64,000 nt of DNA from an uncultured Planctomycetota bacterium (GCA_963841915.1 CAWJEN010000006.1:768001-832000), one strand, 5' to 3'; numbered from the stretch's first letter, positions 18,344 through 28,038 are shown. Notes: generated from the letters alone by a model not told the origin. A program made the numbers and translations.

Positions 18344-19141
18344 CTATGCCGCCGGATTATCGCCCCTGATCAGCCGTCGTGCAAGCTCGCCGCACGCCTT
18401 TGCCGCCCCTTCGGCACCCGCCTCGGCGGCAGTGCGGACAAAGGCGGTGCCGACGATAGCACCGTCCGCAACCCCTTGCAGGGCTTGGAGATGCTCATGC
18501 CGGCTTACGCCGAACCCGACGCAGATTGGCAGGTCCGTGTGCGTCCGCATATCACGCACGCCGTCCGCGAGTTCCATCGGCAGACGATCACGTTCGCCGG
18601 TCGTACCGGCGGTGCTGAGGTAGTAGATGAAGCCCCCACCGATCCGCCCGATCGTCTCACGCCGCGTCGCCGGCGTAGATGGCGCGACCAGCAGAATCGG
18701 ATCTATACCTGCCGCCTTGGCCTCCTCGCAGAATGGAGCAGCCTCGGGTGGTGGCAGGTCCGGGCACAAGACGCCCGCGTAGCCGTGACCCGCCAGCAAT
18801 TTGATGAACGATGCCGTTCCGACACGCCTGACGATGCTGTAGCTCACCATGGTCAGTCGCGGCACGGCGGCTTCGTTGGGCCTGCAGGCTTCGAGAGCCG
18901 CTTCGACCGTAACGCCGGCCTGCAGTGCCTCGTGATATGCGGCTTGAATCGCAGGCCCGTCGGCGATGGGGTCACTATACGGAATGCCAACCTCCAAAGC
19001 CGTCGCGCCGGCCTTTGCCAAAGCCGCCAGCGTTTCCGCAGAAGCGCCCAACGTCGGATGCCCTCCGGGGAGAAATGGCAACAGGTGCACGGGTCCCGGC
19101 GAGGGGCGTCGCAAGGCATCGACAAGGTCCGGAGGCGTCAC
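18344..19141 (-). CDS. trpA: Tryptophan synthase alpha chain
   Basis: LEVGIPYSDPIADGPAIQ, PDLPP, LVAPST, YYLSTAGTTG, GFGVS, ADGAIVGTA. Confidence 0.95.
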   Translation of the reverse strand: MTPPDLVDALRRPSPGPVHLLPFLPGGHPTLGASAETLAALAKAGATALEVGIPYSDPIADGPAIQAAYHEALQAGVTVEAALEACRPNEAAVPRLTMVSYSIVRRVGTASFIKLLAGHGYAGVLCPDLPPPEAAPFCEEAKAAGIDPILLVAPSTPATRRETIGRIGGGFIYYLSTAGTTGERDRLPMELADGVRDMRTHTDLPICVGFGVSRHEHLQALQGVADGAIVGTAFVRTAAEAGAEGAAKACGELARRLIRGDNPAA

Positions 19142-19176
19142 GCGACACGGTATCGCAGCTTTCACAATCAAGCCGA

Positions 19177-21582
19177 CTACGGCGACTCGAGCAGGAGGAA
19201 CAGCACGTTGTCCGTGAACTCGGGTGACCGCGTGATGCCGATATGGTCCTGGAACAGGAACATGACGCCTGTGAAGTCAATCGGCGACTGCACTGGGAGC
19301 ATCGGTCGCTGCGACGGCAGCAACGCCAGCCGCTCGTCCATTAATGCGCTGCTGCGAAGCACGGTGCCGTCACCGGCGGCCCTTGAGACAGTCTCGACTC
19401 GCTCACGGCCGTCGGGTTGAAGCCGCAGTCGACTGGCCGTCTCCACGGCATCACCAGCAAAAATGTGGATATTCAAGCCCTCTGGCCGCGCTGCGCGGAC
19501 GTCGAGAGCCCGGTGGAACTGTTCGGCCTTGAAGAGGCTTTTTCGCAAGTGGTCCACGGCGATCTCACGCCGCCTGGCGACCGCCACGTCGTCGCCGATG
19601 ATCCAGCCGAGGGTTTTGTCCTGCTTCGGGTCGGCCAGGCCGATCTCGTTGTCGATCCAGTACTGCGGGTCGTAGAGCGGAATGGTACGGTTCTTGGCGT
19701 CGATGATGCCGTGGTGCCGGTCGCGTGGGAGCAATTGGTAGATGCTCGGCATCGAGCCCAGGACTGCGGCGGGTACCTTCGGGAGCCAGAAGGCTGGGCT
19801 GCCGTCATTGAAGTCCTTGCCATCGACGAGCTGGCGGAACGAGTCGACGCTGCCGGCGTTGGGGGTGCCGACCATGATGAGGCGGTCGACCATTTCGGCA
19901 CCTTTCCACGTCAGCTCCGGCAACGATCCGTCGGCCGGCAGCGGGGCGTCGCCATAACGGAGCATGTACCGTGCGACCAATCCGCCCATGGAGTGGGCGA
20001 CGATGTCGAACTTGATGTCGTTGATCGTAAGGCCGGTTTCCTCGCCCTCTTCTTCGACAATCCGGTCAAAGACGTACAGCCGATACGACTGCAGCTCGCG
20101 GTAGAGCAACGCGGCTGATTCTGCATTGTCGCGACGCCAGTCGTAGTCGAACTGGAAGCAGGTGAAGTGCTCGTCGCCGTAGTCGATGAGGTTGTCATCG
20201 TGAATGTCGGCGTCGCGGTACCCGACGACGCCGAGGATGCGCATGATGTCGGCATACGCGCTGAGCCGGATCGGGAGGCCGAAGATCTTGAGTTCGACCT
20301 CGTCCAGCGCGCCGTCGATGGCAACGTTGTCGCTGAGCTCGCTCAGCTCGACGCCTTCCTCCATCGGCATGGCGACGAGCCTGGCCCCGCTTTCTCGGCC
20401 GGGATTAGCGAAGTCGCCTGAGAATGCACCCCAGACAACGGTTTGCGTCTCCGGCTCAATGAGCCGCGTGCCGAGGATGCCGGGGATGACGACGACGGGC
20501 CGAAGGCGGTGGACGTCGCTTCGTGCCTCGTCCTGGTACAGGGCCGCCAGCATCGGCTTGGGTGGGGCGCTGGAACACCCGGTGACGGCAAGCAGGGCGA
20601 CAAAACCGACCGCTAATTTTTTGCCGTCTACGTGCCAGAGGTGGGCGAACGCCTGGCGTGGCTTGCTGGGAATGATGAGGCGGGTAACGCCTCGCATGAT
20701 CGGCCGACCGACGACGAGTCCGAGCGTCCAGCCGACAAAGAACCCGCCGATCACCACCGCGGCGGCGACCCAGATGACCTCCCAGACGGGCTCTTGCCAG
20801 TTACCGGCCGTGGCCATGAAAACGAACCATCCGAAGGCGGCACTGGAGACGAGCAAGACAGGGATCAGCTTGGCCGGCCAACGCAGGTGCCACATGATGC
20901 CCGCTTGGATGACGCCGAAGACGAAGGCACCCAAGGCGGTAAAGCCTCCGATGGCCGCGCCGGTCCGCCACGTCGGGTAGCGGTACGGGTAGTAGGTGTA
21001 AGGGTCGTAAGCCTTGCTGCTCGAGTTGGCGTCGTCTGCATCCGAGGGCCTCTGTGCCTTCCAGGTCGGAATCTGACGCTCGTCGTAATATCGCTGATTA
21101 TCTTCAGCATCAACCAGAGTCGAGTCTGTGGGCGGTGGCACTGGCTCGCCGGTGTCGGCAAACGTGTAGGTAAAGCGTCGGTAGCCCGACCCGTCGTCGT
21201 TCCTGATGTATTCCGATTGCTGATGCACCTGCCTGCCCGTGTTCGAGTCGTACATGCCCTCGGTGGTATATTCGTTGTAGAAGCCGAAGCTGAGGCCCAT
21301 CGTCGTTGCTGTCAGGGCAAAGCCGACGCCGAGCAGCACGAAAATCCAGAGCGTCAGCAGCAGCGTGGCCAGCCGTCTGAGCCAGACACGCGTTGATGAA
21401 GAGCCGTGTCCAGCTGGGTGCCACCGGCCGCACTCGGTGCAACGCACAACGGTGAAGCCGAGTCGTTCATCTTGCTCGACCCGCTGGCCGTGCAGGTTGT
21501 ACCCGCAGTCACAGAAGTGGTCCGTCTCCAGGACGCCATACTGCGCCGTCTCGGACATCGGCGGCAACGCTTCGTCGTGCAT
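19177..21582 (-). CDS. Zn-ribbon polytopic membrane protein fused in frame to a lipoprotein-type alpha/beta hydrolase (LCAT/lipase-like)
   Basis: N-terminal CDCGYNL...CTECG and several TMs; internal KKLAVGFVALLAVTGC; C-terminal PVVVIPGILGT, YDWR, AHSMGGL, GTPNAGS, GDGTV. Confidence 0.7.
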   Translation of the reverse strand: MHDEALPPMSETAQYGVLETDHFCDCGYNLHGQRVEQDERLGFTVVRCTECGRWHPAGHGSSSTRVWLRRLATLLLTLWIFVLLGVGFALTATTMGLSFGFYNEYTTEGMYDSNTGRQVHQQSEYIRNDDGSGYRRFTYTFADTGEPVPPPTDSTLVDAEDNQRYYDERQIPTWKAQRPSDADDANSSSKAYDPYTYYPYRYPTWRTGAAIGGFTALGAFVFGVIQAGIMWHLRWPAKLIPVLLVSSAAFGWFVFMATAGNWQEPVWEVIWVAAAVVIGGFFVGWTLGLVVGRPIMRGVTRLIIPSKPRQAFAHLWHVDGKKLAVGFVALLAVTGCSSAPPKPMLAALYQDEARSDVHRLRPVVVIPGILGTRLIEPETQTVVWGAFSGDFANPGRESGARLVAMPMEEGVELSELSDNVAIDGALDEVELKIFGLPIRLSAYADIMRILGVVGYRDADIHDDNLIDYGDEHFTCFQFDYDWRRDNAESAALLYRELQSYRLYVFDRIVEEEGEETGLTINDIKFDIVAHSMGGLVARYMLRYGDAPLPADGSLPELTWKGAEMVDRLIMVGTPNAGSVDSFRQLVDGKDFNDGSPAFWLPKVPAAVLGSMPSIYQLLPRDRHHGIIDAKNRTIPLYDPQYWIDNEIGLADPKQDKTLGWIIGDDVAVARRREIAVDHLRKSLFKAEQFHRALDVRAARPEGLNIHIFAGDAVETASRLRLQPDGRERVETVSRAAGDGTVLRSSALMDERLALLPSQRPMLPVQSPIDFTGVMFLFQDHIGITRSPEFTDNVLFLLLESP

Positions 21583-21640
21583 GGCTCCATCATCGCGACC
21601 CAGGCACCTGCCGCAAGCATCAACGGCACTAAGCTTCTGC

Positions 21641-22069
21641 GTGTCCAAAGCCAAAGACGAACCCAAACGTCGCCTGGCCCTGCGCATCATGACGATGCCT
21701 AAGGACACTAATCCGTACGGCACCGTCTTCGGTGGCGTCATTCTCTCGCACATCGACCAGGCCGGTTTCGTCGAGGCTCGCAACCACGGGGCCCACCGCT
21801 GGGTCACCGCCGCCATGGAGAGCGTCAAGTTCGACGCACCTGTCCTGCTCGGCGACATCGTCACGTTCTGGGCCACCACCGTCCGCAAGGGGACGACGAG
21901 CGTGACCGTCGAGGTGCGTGTCGAGGCCGAGCGCTACAACAACGACGACACCGTCGGCGTGACGACGGCGACACTGACGATGGTCTCCGTCGATCCCTCC
22001 GGAAGGCCGATCCCGTACACGACACCGGCCACCGTGACCTACACCGCGGCACCGGGTGTTCCTTACTGA
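21641..22069 (+). CDS. Acyl-CoA thioesterase (hotdog fold, YciA-like)
   Basis: MPKDTNPYGTVFGGVILSHIDQAG, FDAPVLLGD, GTTSVTVEV. Confidence 0.9.
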   Translation: MSKAKDEPKRRLALRIMTMPKDTNPYGTVFGGVILSHIDQAGFVEARNHGAHRWVTAAMESVKFDAPVLLGDIVTFWATTVRKGTTSVTVEVRVEAERYNNDDTVGVTTATLTMVSVDPSGRPIPYTTPATVTYTAAPGVPY

Positions 22070-22458
22070 CTCCGAACAAAATCAGGCGGCTCCGGATCGT
22101 CAGGTTCGCCGCAATAGTTGATCGTGATCTCGCAGTCTGCCTGAATGTCGCGGTGTGCGATGATCTCGAGCAGATCTGGTGCCACCGTCCGCCACGCCGC
22201 GTTGGCGGGCCAATCATGGTTGTAGAGCGACCCGAAACCGAGTGCGATTCCGACCACGTCGTCGCCTGCGGTCTCTCGCCAGTCGAAGACATAGCGACGA
22301 AGCGTCGGCGACGTGTCGAGCACTTCATCGGCAGGCATGAGCAGCACCGGCGCCCGCTCGAGAACGGTGCCGAACCGGATCTTCGTGGTCGTGAAGACGC
22401 CGCGCCCGCGGTCGGGTGTGTTGCGAACCTCCAGGCACGGCAATCGGAATGGGCTCAC
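22063..22458 (-). CDS. SET domain protein (putative protein-lysine methyltransferase)
   Basis: GRGVF (GxG), SLYNH..ANA, AHRDI...EITINY SET motifs. Confidence 0.88.
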   Translation of the reverse strand: MSPFRLPCLEVRNTPDRGRGVFTTTKIRFGTVLERAPVLLMPADEVLDTSPTLRRYVFDWRETAGDDVVGIALGFGSLYNHDWPANAAWRTVAPDLLEIIAHRDIQADCEITINYCGEPDDPEPPDFVRSQ

Positions 22459-23087
22459 ACGACCCCATGCTTCTTCGTGAGGAGAAAGCGGTGGCCGAAC
22501 GTTTCGCGATACGTTGCACCGTGCTGCCGCCCAAGCGTCTTAGCTTGGTCCGGTGCCCAGGCTTGGCGGACGCTGAGGCGTGCATCGTGGCGAACCATCG
22601 GGCCCGCGGTCAGCGTGAACAAGCCGATCCACAAGCTGGCCCGCCGGCGTCGCAGCAGGTCGGCAGCAATCCAGCCGATCGTCGTTACGCGACTCATTTC
22701 TGCCAGCAAAGCAGAGGCAGCCTTGGTTTCGAAATGGTGCAAAGCCATTTGGCAGACGGCGACATCGAAGGCTCCATCGGCGATCGGAAGCGACATCGCA
22801 TTACCGCGGACAAGGGTCGACGGCTTGGCTAAGCCAAGCGTTCGCTGGTGGACGTCGAGGCCGACATAGTCGTCGCACCAGGCGGCAAAGTCACCGCTGC
22901 CGCAACAGACGTCGAGCACACGAATCGGCCGGTCGCCCGCCAAGCGACGTATTGCTTTGGCGGTGGCCCGGTTGTAACCGAGCATCTTGTTGATTCGGCG
23001 AATGTAGCGAAGCGAACGCTCCAGCGACGCCGCGTCGGCGTCGGGTGCGTCCATCCACTCCGGCTCGAGACTCGCCCGCTCGCTCAT
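22455..23087 (-). CDS. Class I SAM-dependent methyltransferase
   Basis: EWMD, INKMLG, VLDVCCGSGD, FDVAVCQMALHHF, ADLLR, HDARLSVRQA. Confidence 0.88.
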   Translation of the reverse strand: MSERASLEPEWMDAPDADAASLERSLRYIRRINKMLGYNRATAKAIRRLAGDRPIRVLDVCCGSGDFAAWCDDYVGLDVHQRTLGLAKPSTLVRGNAMSLPIADGAFDVAVCQMALHHFETKAASALLAEMSRVTTIGWIAADLLRRRRASLWIGLFTLTAGPMVRHDARLSVRQAWAPDQAKTLGRQHGATYRETFGHRFLLTKKHGVV

Positions 23088-23096
23088 ACCAGGACG

Positions 23097-25928
23097 CTAC
23101 GAGCCCGACCCACGGCTGGCGTTGGTGTTGAACGTCGGAATGGCCGAGATCTGCTGCTGCTGGAACTGCAGCTTGCTGAGCGCCAGTTCCATGTCGAGAA
23201 ATTCCTTGCGCAGCCGTTGCTCCTTGGTGACGATCGTCTCTTCGATGTTGGCGATCCGCTGCTCGAAAGCGGCGGTCTGCTCGTCAAGCTGATCGGAGGT
23301 CAGCGTGACGATGCCGTCGACCGGGTCCGTCAGCTTGGTGATTACGTCCTGCAGGCGGTGGCCGAATCCGACGCCTGCACCATCGACGCTCGCGGTGAAC
23401 ATCTCCTTGACGGCATCGTCGTCGTCGGCCCAAGCAGCGCGGAACTTGTCCTCGTCGAACTCCAGCTTCGCCCCTTCGCCGATGCGGATGCCGATGTCGG
23501 AAAGGATGCGATACGATGGGTTGCCGGTGTTGTAGACCGTATCGACCAGGCGGTAAACGTCGCGCTCGACCCGCTGCACCGTCTGCTCGCCGAGCAGGGC
23601 ACCGCGGCGACCGGTCTCAGCGTTGTAGCTTGTTCGATCATCGAGTGATTCCCGCAGCGAATTGAAAGCCGCAATCATCGTCTCGACGTCGGTCTGGCTC
23701 TTCTCCTGATCGCTCGACACCGTGATCTCGACCGGTGTACCGGCTGTGGTGCCGAACAGGTCGATCGACAGGCCTGGCAACGCATCCTCGATCGTGTTCG
23801 TCGAAGAGGTGATCCGCAGCGGATCCTGGCCCGGAGCACCAAGCAGTACGACGGCATCGCGGGCACCGGCGATGGTGCGGGCACCGAGGCCCGTTTCGCC
23901 GGCGTCAATTGTGAATGCACCAGCCGTACCGCCGTTGCGGGCGGTCATGCTCAGCCGCCACGGTGCGTCGGGTGAGCCATCGTTGATGACTTCTGCACGG
24001 ATGCCGAAGCCGAGGCTGTTGATCTTGTTGCGGACGTCGGTGAGTGTCTCACCGGCCTCGACTTCGATACTGACCTCGAACGAGCCGTCGGCAACGCCGT
24101 CCTCAAACTCGCCACCGATACGAAGTGCTTCGGCGGCGGAGCCGTCAATGTCGCTGATGTTGAGCGTTCCGGTGCCGCCTGCGGTGTCTTCGATGAGCAG
24201 GCCGTCGCCGTTGTCGTTGACGCGTGCGCTGACGCCGATGCCGAGGCCGTTGATGCCGTTGATGACGTCGCCGAGAGTGTCGAAGCTGCCGATGGAGAGA
24301 TCCAGTTCGGCCTTTCCGCCACCGGAGTCGGTGAATTCGATGACGCCTTCGCCGATGGGTTTGCCGATGTCGTAGGTTTTCAGTGACGAGTCGACGCCGA
24401 TGAACGCCCGCTGCAGGTTGCCGCTGTCGACGGTGTCACCGTCGGCCGCGGCGTAGGTGCCGGCTATGTTGAGGTCGCTGGCCGCGGTGCCACTGTCGTC
24501 GGTGATAATCAGGTCGCCCGCACCGCCGGTCGTGTCCTGGAACACGATGCCGTTACCGGCGTCGTTGAGTCGAGCCGTCACACCGATGCCGCTGGTGTTG
24601 ACGCGGAGCAGCACATCGTCGAGGTAGGGCGTGTTGGCGTCGATGGACGCCGAGTTGCCGCTGCGATCGGTGATGGTGAAGGTTCCGGTGCTGATACCGG
24701 CCCCTCCGCGAAGCTCTTGCGACAAGATGCCACCCGGGCGGTCAGGCGTTCCCGCGGCAGCAGCCTTGGCCGCGTACAGCTCGCCACGGAGCTGGTTGGC
24801 GTCGAAGGCAGGTGACGTGGACTCAACCGACTCGTCACTGACGTCCGCCTTGATGTCGATGCCGAGTAGCTCTGCGATACCGAGCGAATTGCGGCTTTGA
24901 ATCTCCAGCTCGTCGCCGAGCGGCGTGGTGTTGTCGGTGATGATGAAGTTGCCGGTGTCGGTGTCGAGCGACAAAATAGCGGCAGAGTTCGTCTCGTCGT
25001 TGAACCGGTCGATCAGGTCACCGATCGTTGTCAGGCCGTCTGTGTTGATGTCGTGACGATTGAAATCCCGGGTGCGGACCCGCAACTCGTTCCCACCCGC
25101 GCTCGGCCATGGGTCGCCGCCGTTAAGCGTCGATAGATTGATGTCACGGGCAGCGGCAAGCATCTCGGCGTCGCTGACGGAGATGTCGGCAGGTCCCGCG
25201 CCACGAATTGTCGACGATGTCGACGAGGCACGAGTCGACTCGGCGATTCCGAGTTCCGCCGCCGCGGTGCCGTCTCCGAGATCTCGCACCCGGAGTGTGC
25301 CGGAGCCACCAGTCCGATCTTCGAGCACCAGCGCCCCTTGTTCGACACCTGCGGTGACGTCCACGTCGAGGTTGAAGTTGATGGCCGAGACCAGCTCGTC
25401 GAGCGTCGTGTAGTCACCGGTATCGAAGATGGCTGCGTTGCCGGTCCGGTCCGTGAGACGGAACTTTCCGTTGGAGATGCCCTCACCAAGATTCATCTCG
25501 CTCAGCGGCGTCTCGCGAAGCAGAGAGTTGTCCCCGACCTCGATCGTGAACGTCCCTTCAGGCACAACGGCTTCCTTGTCAGAAAAGCCACCAGTCGTTG
25601 CCTGCTGTGACTGGACGAGGGACTGGACGCGTAGCTCGTACCGACCCGTCGGAGCACCGACGCTGGCCTCGACTGTGGCCACCTGCTCGTTGCCGCTTCT
25701 GGCGGTGACGGCCTCGAAGGTGCTCGGCTTCCGCAGCGACGTGCCCGAACCCTTGAGCGCGTTGAGCCGTGTCGACAGCTCGGCGTAAGCGACCTGTGTC
25801 GAGGCTGTTTCGGCGATGCGGCTTTCGAGCTGCTGAATCGGGCGACGCTCGATCTGGATGAGTTGCTCAATGATGTTGCCGGTGTCGATGCCACTGGCAA
25901 GGCCGATGCCGCTGGTAATGGTTCCCAT
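23097..25928 (-). CDS. fliD: Flagellar filament cap protein FliD with expanded internal repeats
   Basis: GIGLASGIDT N-terminus; FliD_C region (LSDIGI..GAKLEFDEDKF, QRLRKEFLDME); GGAGA RBS upstream. Confidence 0.92.
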   Translation of the reverse strand: MGTITSGIGLASGIDTGNIIEQLIQIERRPIQQLESRIAETASTQVAYAELSTRLNALKGSGTSLRKPSTFEAVTARSGNEQVATVEASVGAPTGRYELRVQSLVQSQQATTGGFSDKEAVVPEGTFTIEVGDNSLLRETPLSEMNLGEGISNGKFRLTDRTGNAAIFDTGDYTTLDELVSAINFNLDVDVTAGVEQGALVLEDRTGGSGTLRVRDLGDGTAAAELGIAESTRASSTSSTIRGAGPADISVSDAEMLAAARDINLSTLNGGDPWPSAGGNELRVRTRDFNRHDINTDGLTTIGDLIDRFNDETNSAAILSLDTDTGNFIITDNTTPLGDELEIQSRNSLGIAELLGIDIKADVSDESVESTSPAFDANQLRGELYAAKAAAAGTPDRPGGILSQELRGGAGISTGTFTITDRSGNSASIDANTPYLDDVLLRVNTSGIGVTARLNDAGNGIVFQDTTGGAGDLIITDDSGTAASDLNIAGTYAAADGDTVDSGNLQRAFIGVDSSLKTYDIGKPIGEGVIEFTDSGGGKAELDLSIGSFDTLGDVINGINGLGIGVSARVNDNGDGLLIEDTAGGTGTLNISDIDGSAAEALRIGGEFEDGVADGSFEVSIEVEAGETLTDVRNKINSLGFGIRAEVINDGSPDAPWRLSMTARNGGTAGAFTIDAGETGLGARTIAGARDAVVLLGAPGQDPLRITSSTNTIEDALPGLSIDLFGTTAGTPVEITVSSDQEKSQTDVETMIAAFNSLRESLDDRTSYNAETGRRGALLGEQTVQRVERDVYRLVDTVYNTGNPSYRILSDIGIRIGEGAKLEFDEDKFRAAWADDDDAVKEMFTASVDGAGVGFGHRLQDVITKLTDPVDGIVTLTSDQLDEQTAAFEQRIANIEETIVTKEQRLRKEFLDMELALSKLQFQQQQISAIPTFNTNASRGSGS

Positions 25929-26087
25929 GGTGTTCTCCGTCAGAGTCGACCGATCACGGAGGATCGGCCAACCCTTACGTCGGCCGCCTCAGGGGTCGAC
26001 GTGATGCGTTATCGCGCCCAGAGCATTACCGGACGTACATCACAACCAATCCGGGGTGGGCCGCACCTCAAGGCCCAAAGACGGGGA

Positions 26088-27254
26088 TTAAAAGGACAAG
26101 GCCGTCTCGCTGACAAAGTACGTCTTGCGGAGCATCGCCAGAAGGTCTTGCAGTCCCTCTGCCAGCGCTGACGGCAGCAACGGGTCCTCCGCGGCGTCGG
26201 CGGCTTCGTGGAGGAGTCGCTCCGTCGCCTGGAGCGATTCGCTGACACCCCCGAGCGCGATCAAAAGCGATCGAAGCCGCACTCCCGCCTTGATGCGATC
26301 GTCCTCAGGCACCGTTGGGGTCGACGCCTGCTGCAGGTCGGCTTCAAGCTCACCGCGACCGACCCCGCTGGCAGCCGCGAAGGCTCGAATGAGCGGTAAC
26401 GTCCGCTTGCCCTCCAGAAGATCGCACCCGATGCGGGGTTCGGCAGCAAGGTCCAGCAAATCGTTTTTCACTTGGTAGGCCTGGCCCAATGCGACGGCAT
26501 ATCGCGTGACAACTGCGCACGCGTCGGCCGGCAGATCGGCCATAATCGCACCTGTAAGCAGCGGGCCCTCGAACGTGTAGGCGGCCGTTTTGGCGTGATA
26601 GGCATCGAGGACCTGACCTTCTGTCACAGCCGACAGCGGTGCATGCCCGATCGCAATGTCAGCCGCTTGTCCAACACCCGTCCGCATTGCCACCCGGCTG
26701 GTGAGACTTAATACGCGTCTGGCGGTCTCAGCAGGCGTTTGCGGGTCGTCGGCTGCCGTGTGCCACAATCGCATGGCAGCCGCAAACAGCAGATCACCGG
26801 CCACGATGCCAAGGTTCACACCGAACGTCAGCGAATTGCTGTCGATCGTTGCCAGCCGGCGGTGGAGGCTTGGTCGACTCCGGCGACTCGTCGCAGCGTC
26901 GATGATGTCATCGTGAACGAGCAGGAACGCGTGGAACAGCTCCCATCCACATGCAGCGTCATAAGCCACATCGCTTGATGCGTCACCGCCGCACAGATCG
27001 AGGGCCCACAGGACCAGTTGCGGCCGGATGCGCTTACCACTGCTGTCGAGGGCGAAATCACGAACCATGTCGCCAAAGACGCCGGTGGTCCGGTCGGCCT
27101 CGCCGTCACTAGCGAGAAGTTCGGCGGTTCGGCGGCTCAGGTGCGCCTGGAGCCGGTCACGTTGCTGGTCAGAAAGCAGATGCACGTCGCGAGTCGGCCG
27201 AGTATCGAGGCGGCCGCCGACACCGTAGCACGGCCAGCGCTGGTCCCGTTTCAC
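26088..27254 (-). CDS. Polyprenyl diphosphate synthase (GGPP synthase family)
   Basis: GKRIRP, LVHDDIID...RR, GDLL, GQAAD, KTAAYTF, AYQVKNDLLD, DLLEGKRT. Start uncertain. Confidence 0.88.
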   Translation of the reverse strand: MKRDQRWPCYGVGGRLDTRPTRDVHLLSDQQRDRLQAHLSRRTAELLASDGEADRTTGVFGDMVRDFALDSSGKRIRPQLVLWALDLCGGDASSDVAYDAACGWELFHAFLLVHDDIIDAATSRRSRPSLHRRLATIDSNSLTFGVNLGIVAGDLLFAAAMRLWHTAADDPQTPAETARRVLSLTSRVAMRTGVGQAADIAIGHAPLSAVTEGQVLDAYHAKTAAYTFEGPLLTGAIMADLPADACAVVTRYAVALGQAYQVKNDLLDLAAEPRIGCDLLEGKRTLPLIRAFAAASGVGRGELEADLQQASTPTVPEDDRIKAGVRLRSLLIALGGVSESLQATERLLHEAADAAEDPLLPSALAEGLQDLLAMLRKTYFVSETALSF

Positions 27255-27262
27255 TTGCTGCG

Positions 27263-27760
27263 CTACACGTCAAGGTCGCTCAGGAAGTTGTCCGCCGCGG
27301 CGAGAACGGCACGAGCGTTGTCAAAGGTCAACTTCTCCAATGCCGCCTCTCGGCTGAGCCAGATGTAGCCGACGTGCTCCTCGCTCAGCGACACCTCACC
27401 CACCACATCACGGTCGGCCCTGCCGACGAAGAAGATCACTTCCTTCCGAACCAAGCCCTTTCGGCTGCTCTGAAAGTGGTAAAGAATCTCTTTGCCGAAG
27501 CCGTCAATGAGGTCAACGCCTTTGCTCAGGCCGGTTTCTTCGCGCAGCTCGCGTAAGGCGGCGGTGCGATCGTCTTCGCCTGCTTCGAGGTGCCCCTTGG
27601 GGTAATCCCAGTGGCGGCCGTAGTCGAGCAGGAGAAATTCGCGTCCTGCGTCTGTGTCCCGAAACACAAGCACGCCCGCGGAACGTTCGCGGACGGCTTT
27701 GGGCTTGCCGCTCTTGCCCCGCTGAGTCGGGTCGCGGCTCGGCTCAGGGCTTGAGGGCAT
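27263..27760 (-). CDS. Nudix hydrolase (asymmetric Ap4A hydrolase-like)
   Basis: Nudix box GHLEAGEDDRTAALRELREETG; HWDYPKG; LSEEH..W. Confidence 0.88.
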   Translation of the reverse strand: MPSSPEPSRDPTQRGKSGKPKAVRERSAGVLVFRDTDAGREFLLLDYGRHWDYPKGHLEAGEDDRTAALRELREETGLSKGVDLIDGFGKEILYHFQSSRKGLVRKEVIFFVGRADRDVVGEVSLSEEHVGYIWLSREAALEKLTFDNARAVLAAADNFLSDLDV

Positions 27761-27786
27761 GGGTTAGGGTAGGGCGATAGGCCTGA

Positions 27787-27957
27787 TCAACCGTTCAAGA
27801 GGCCGACGAGCAGCGAGATGACGAAGATGACGATGCCGACGATGAGGATCAGCTTGCCGACGCCTGCGGTCATGCCCGCCGTGCCCTTGGCCCCGAGGGC
27901 GTAGAGGACGATCGAGATGATGAGGACGGCGATACCGATGTAGATGAGGTTGCCCAA
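27787..27957 (-). CDS. Small membrane protein, DUF1328 (YtjA)-like
   Basis: 56 aa, two TMs around LGAKGTAG; TTG start at 27957. Confidence 0.7.
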   Translation of the reverse strand: MGNLIYIGIAVLIISIVLYALGAKGTAGMTAGVGKLILIVGIVIFVISLLVGLLNG

Positions 27958-28038
27958 GTTGTGTCTTTCGTGAGAGGAGCTGTTGTCACCGAATGGCGAC
28001 GATGCTCGCACCTTTGCAAAGGACATGCCGTCACACGT

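Noticed and set aside
21583..21888. N-terminal 102 aa of the 903-aa ORF-track call
   Set aside because: Overlaps the thioesterase on the opposite strand; the true start is more plausibly 21582 or 21558.
25929..26030. Sigma-28 promoter upstream of fliD (GCCGAT/GCCGAC boxes on the minus strand)
   Set aside because: No TAAA-like -35 element at the proper spacing; too weak to call.
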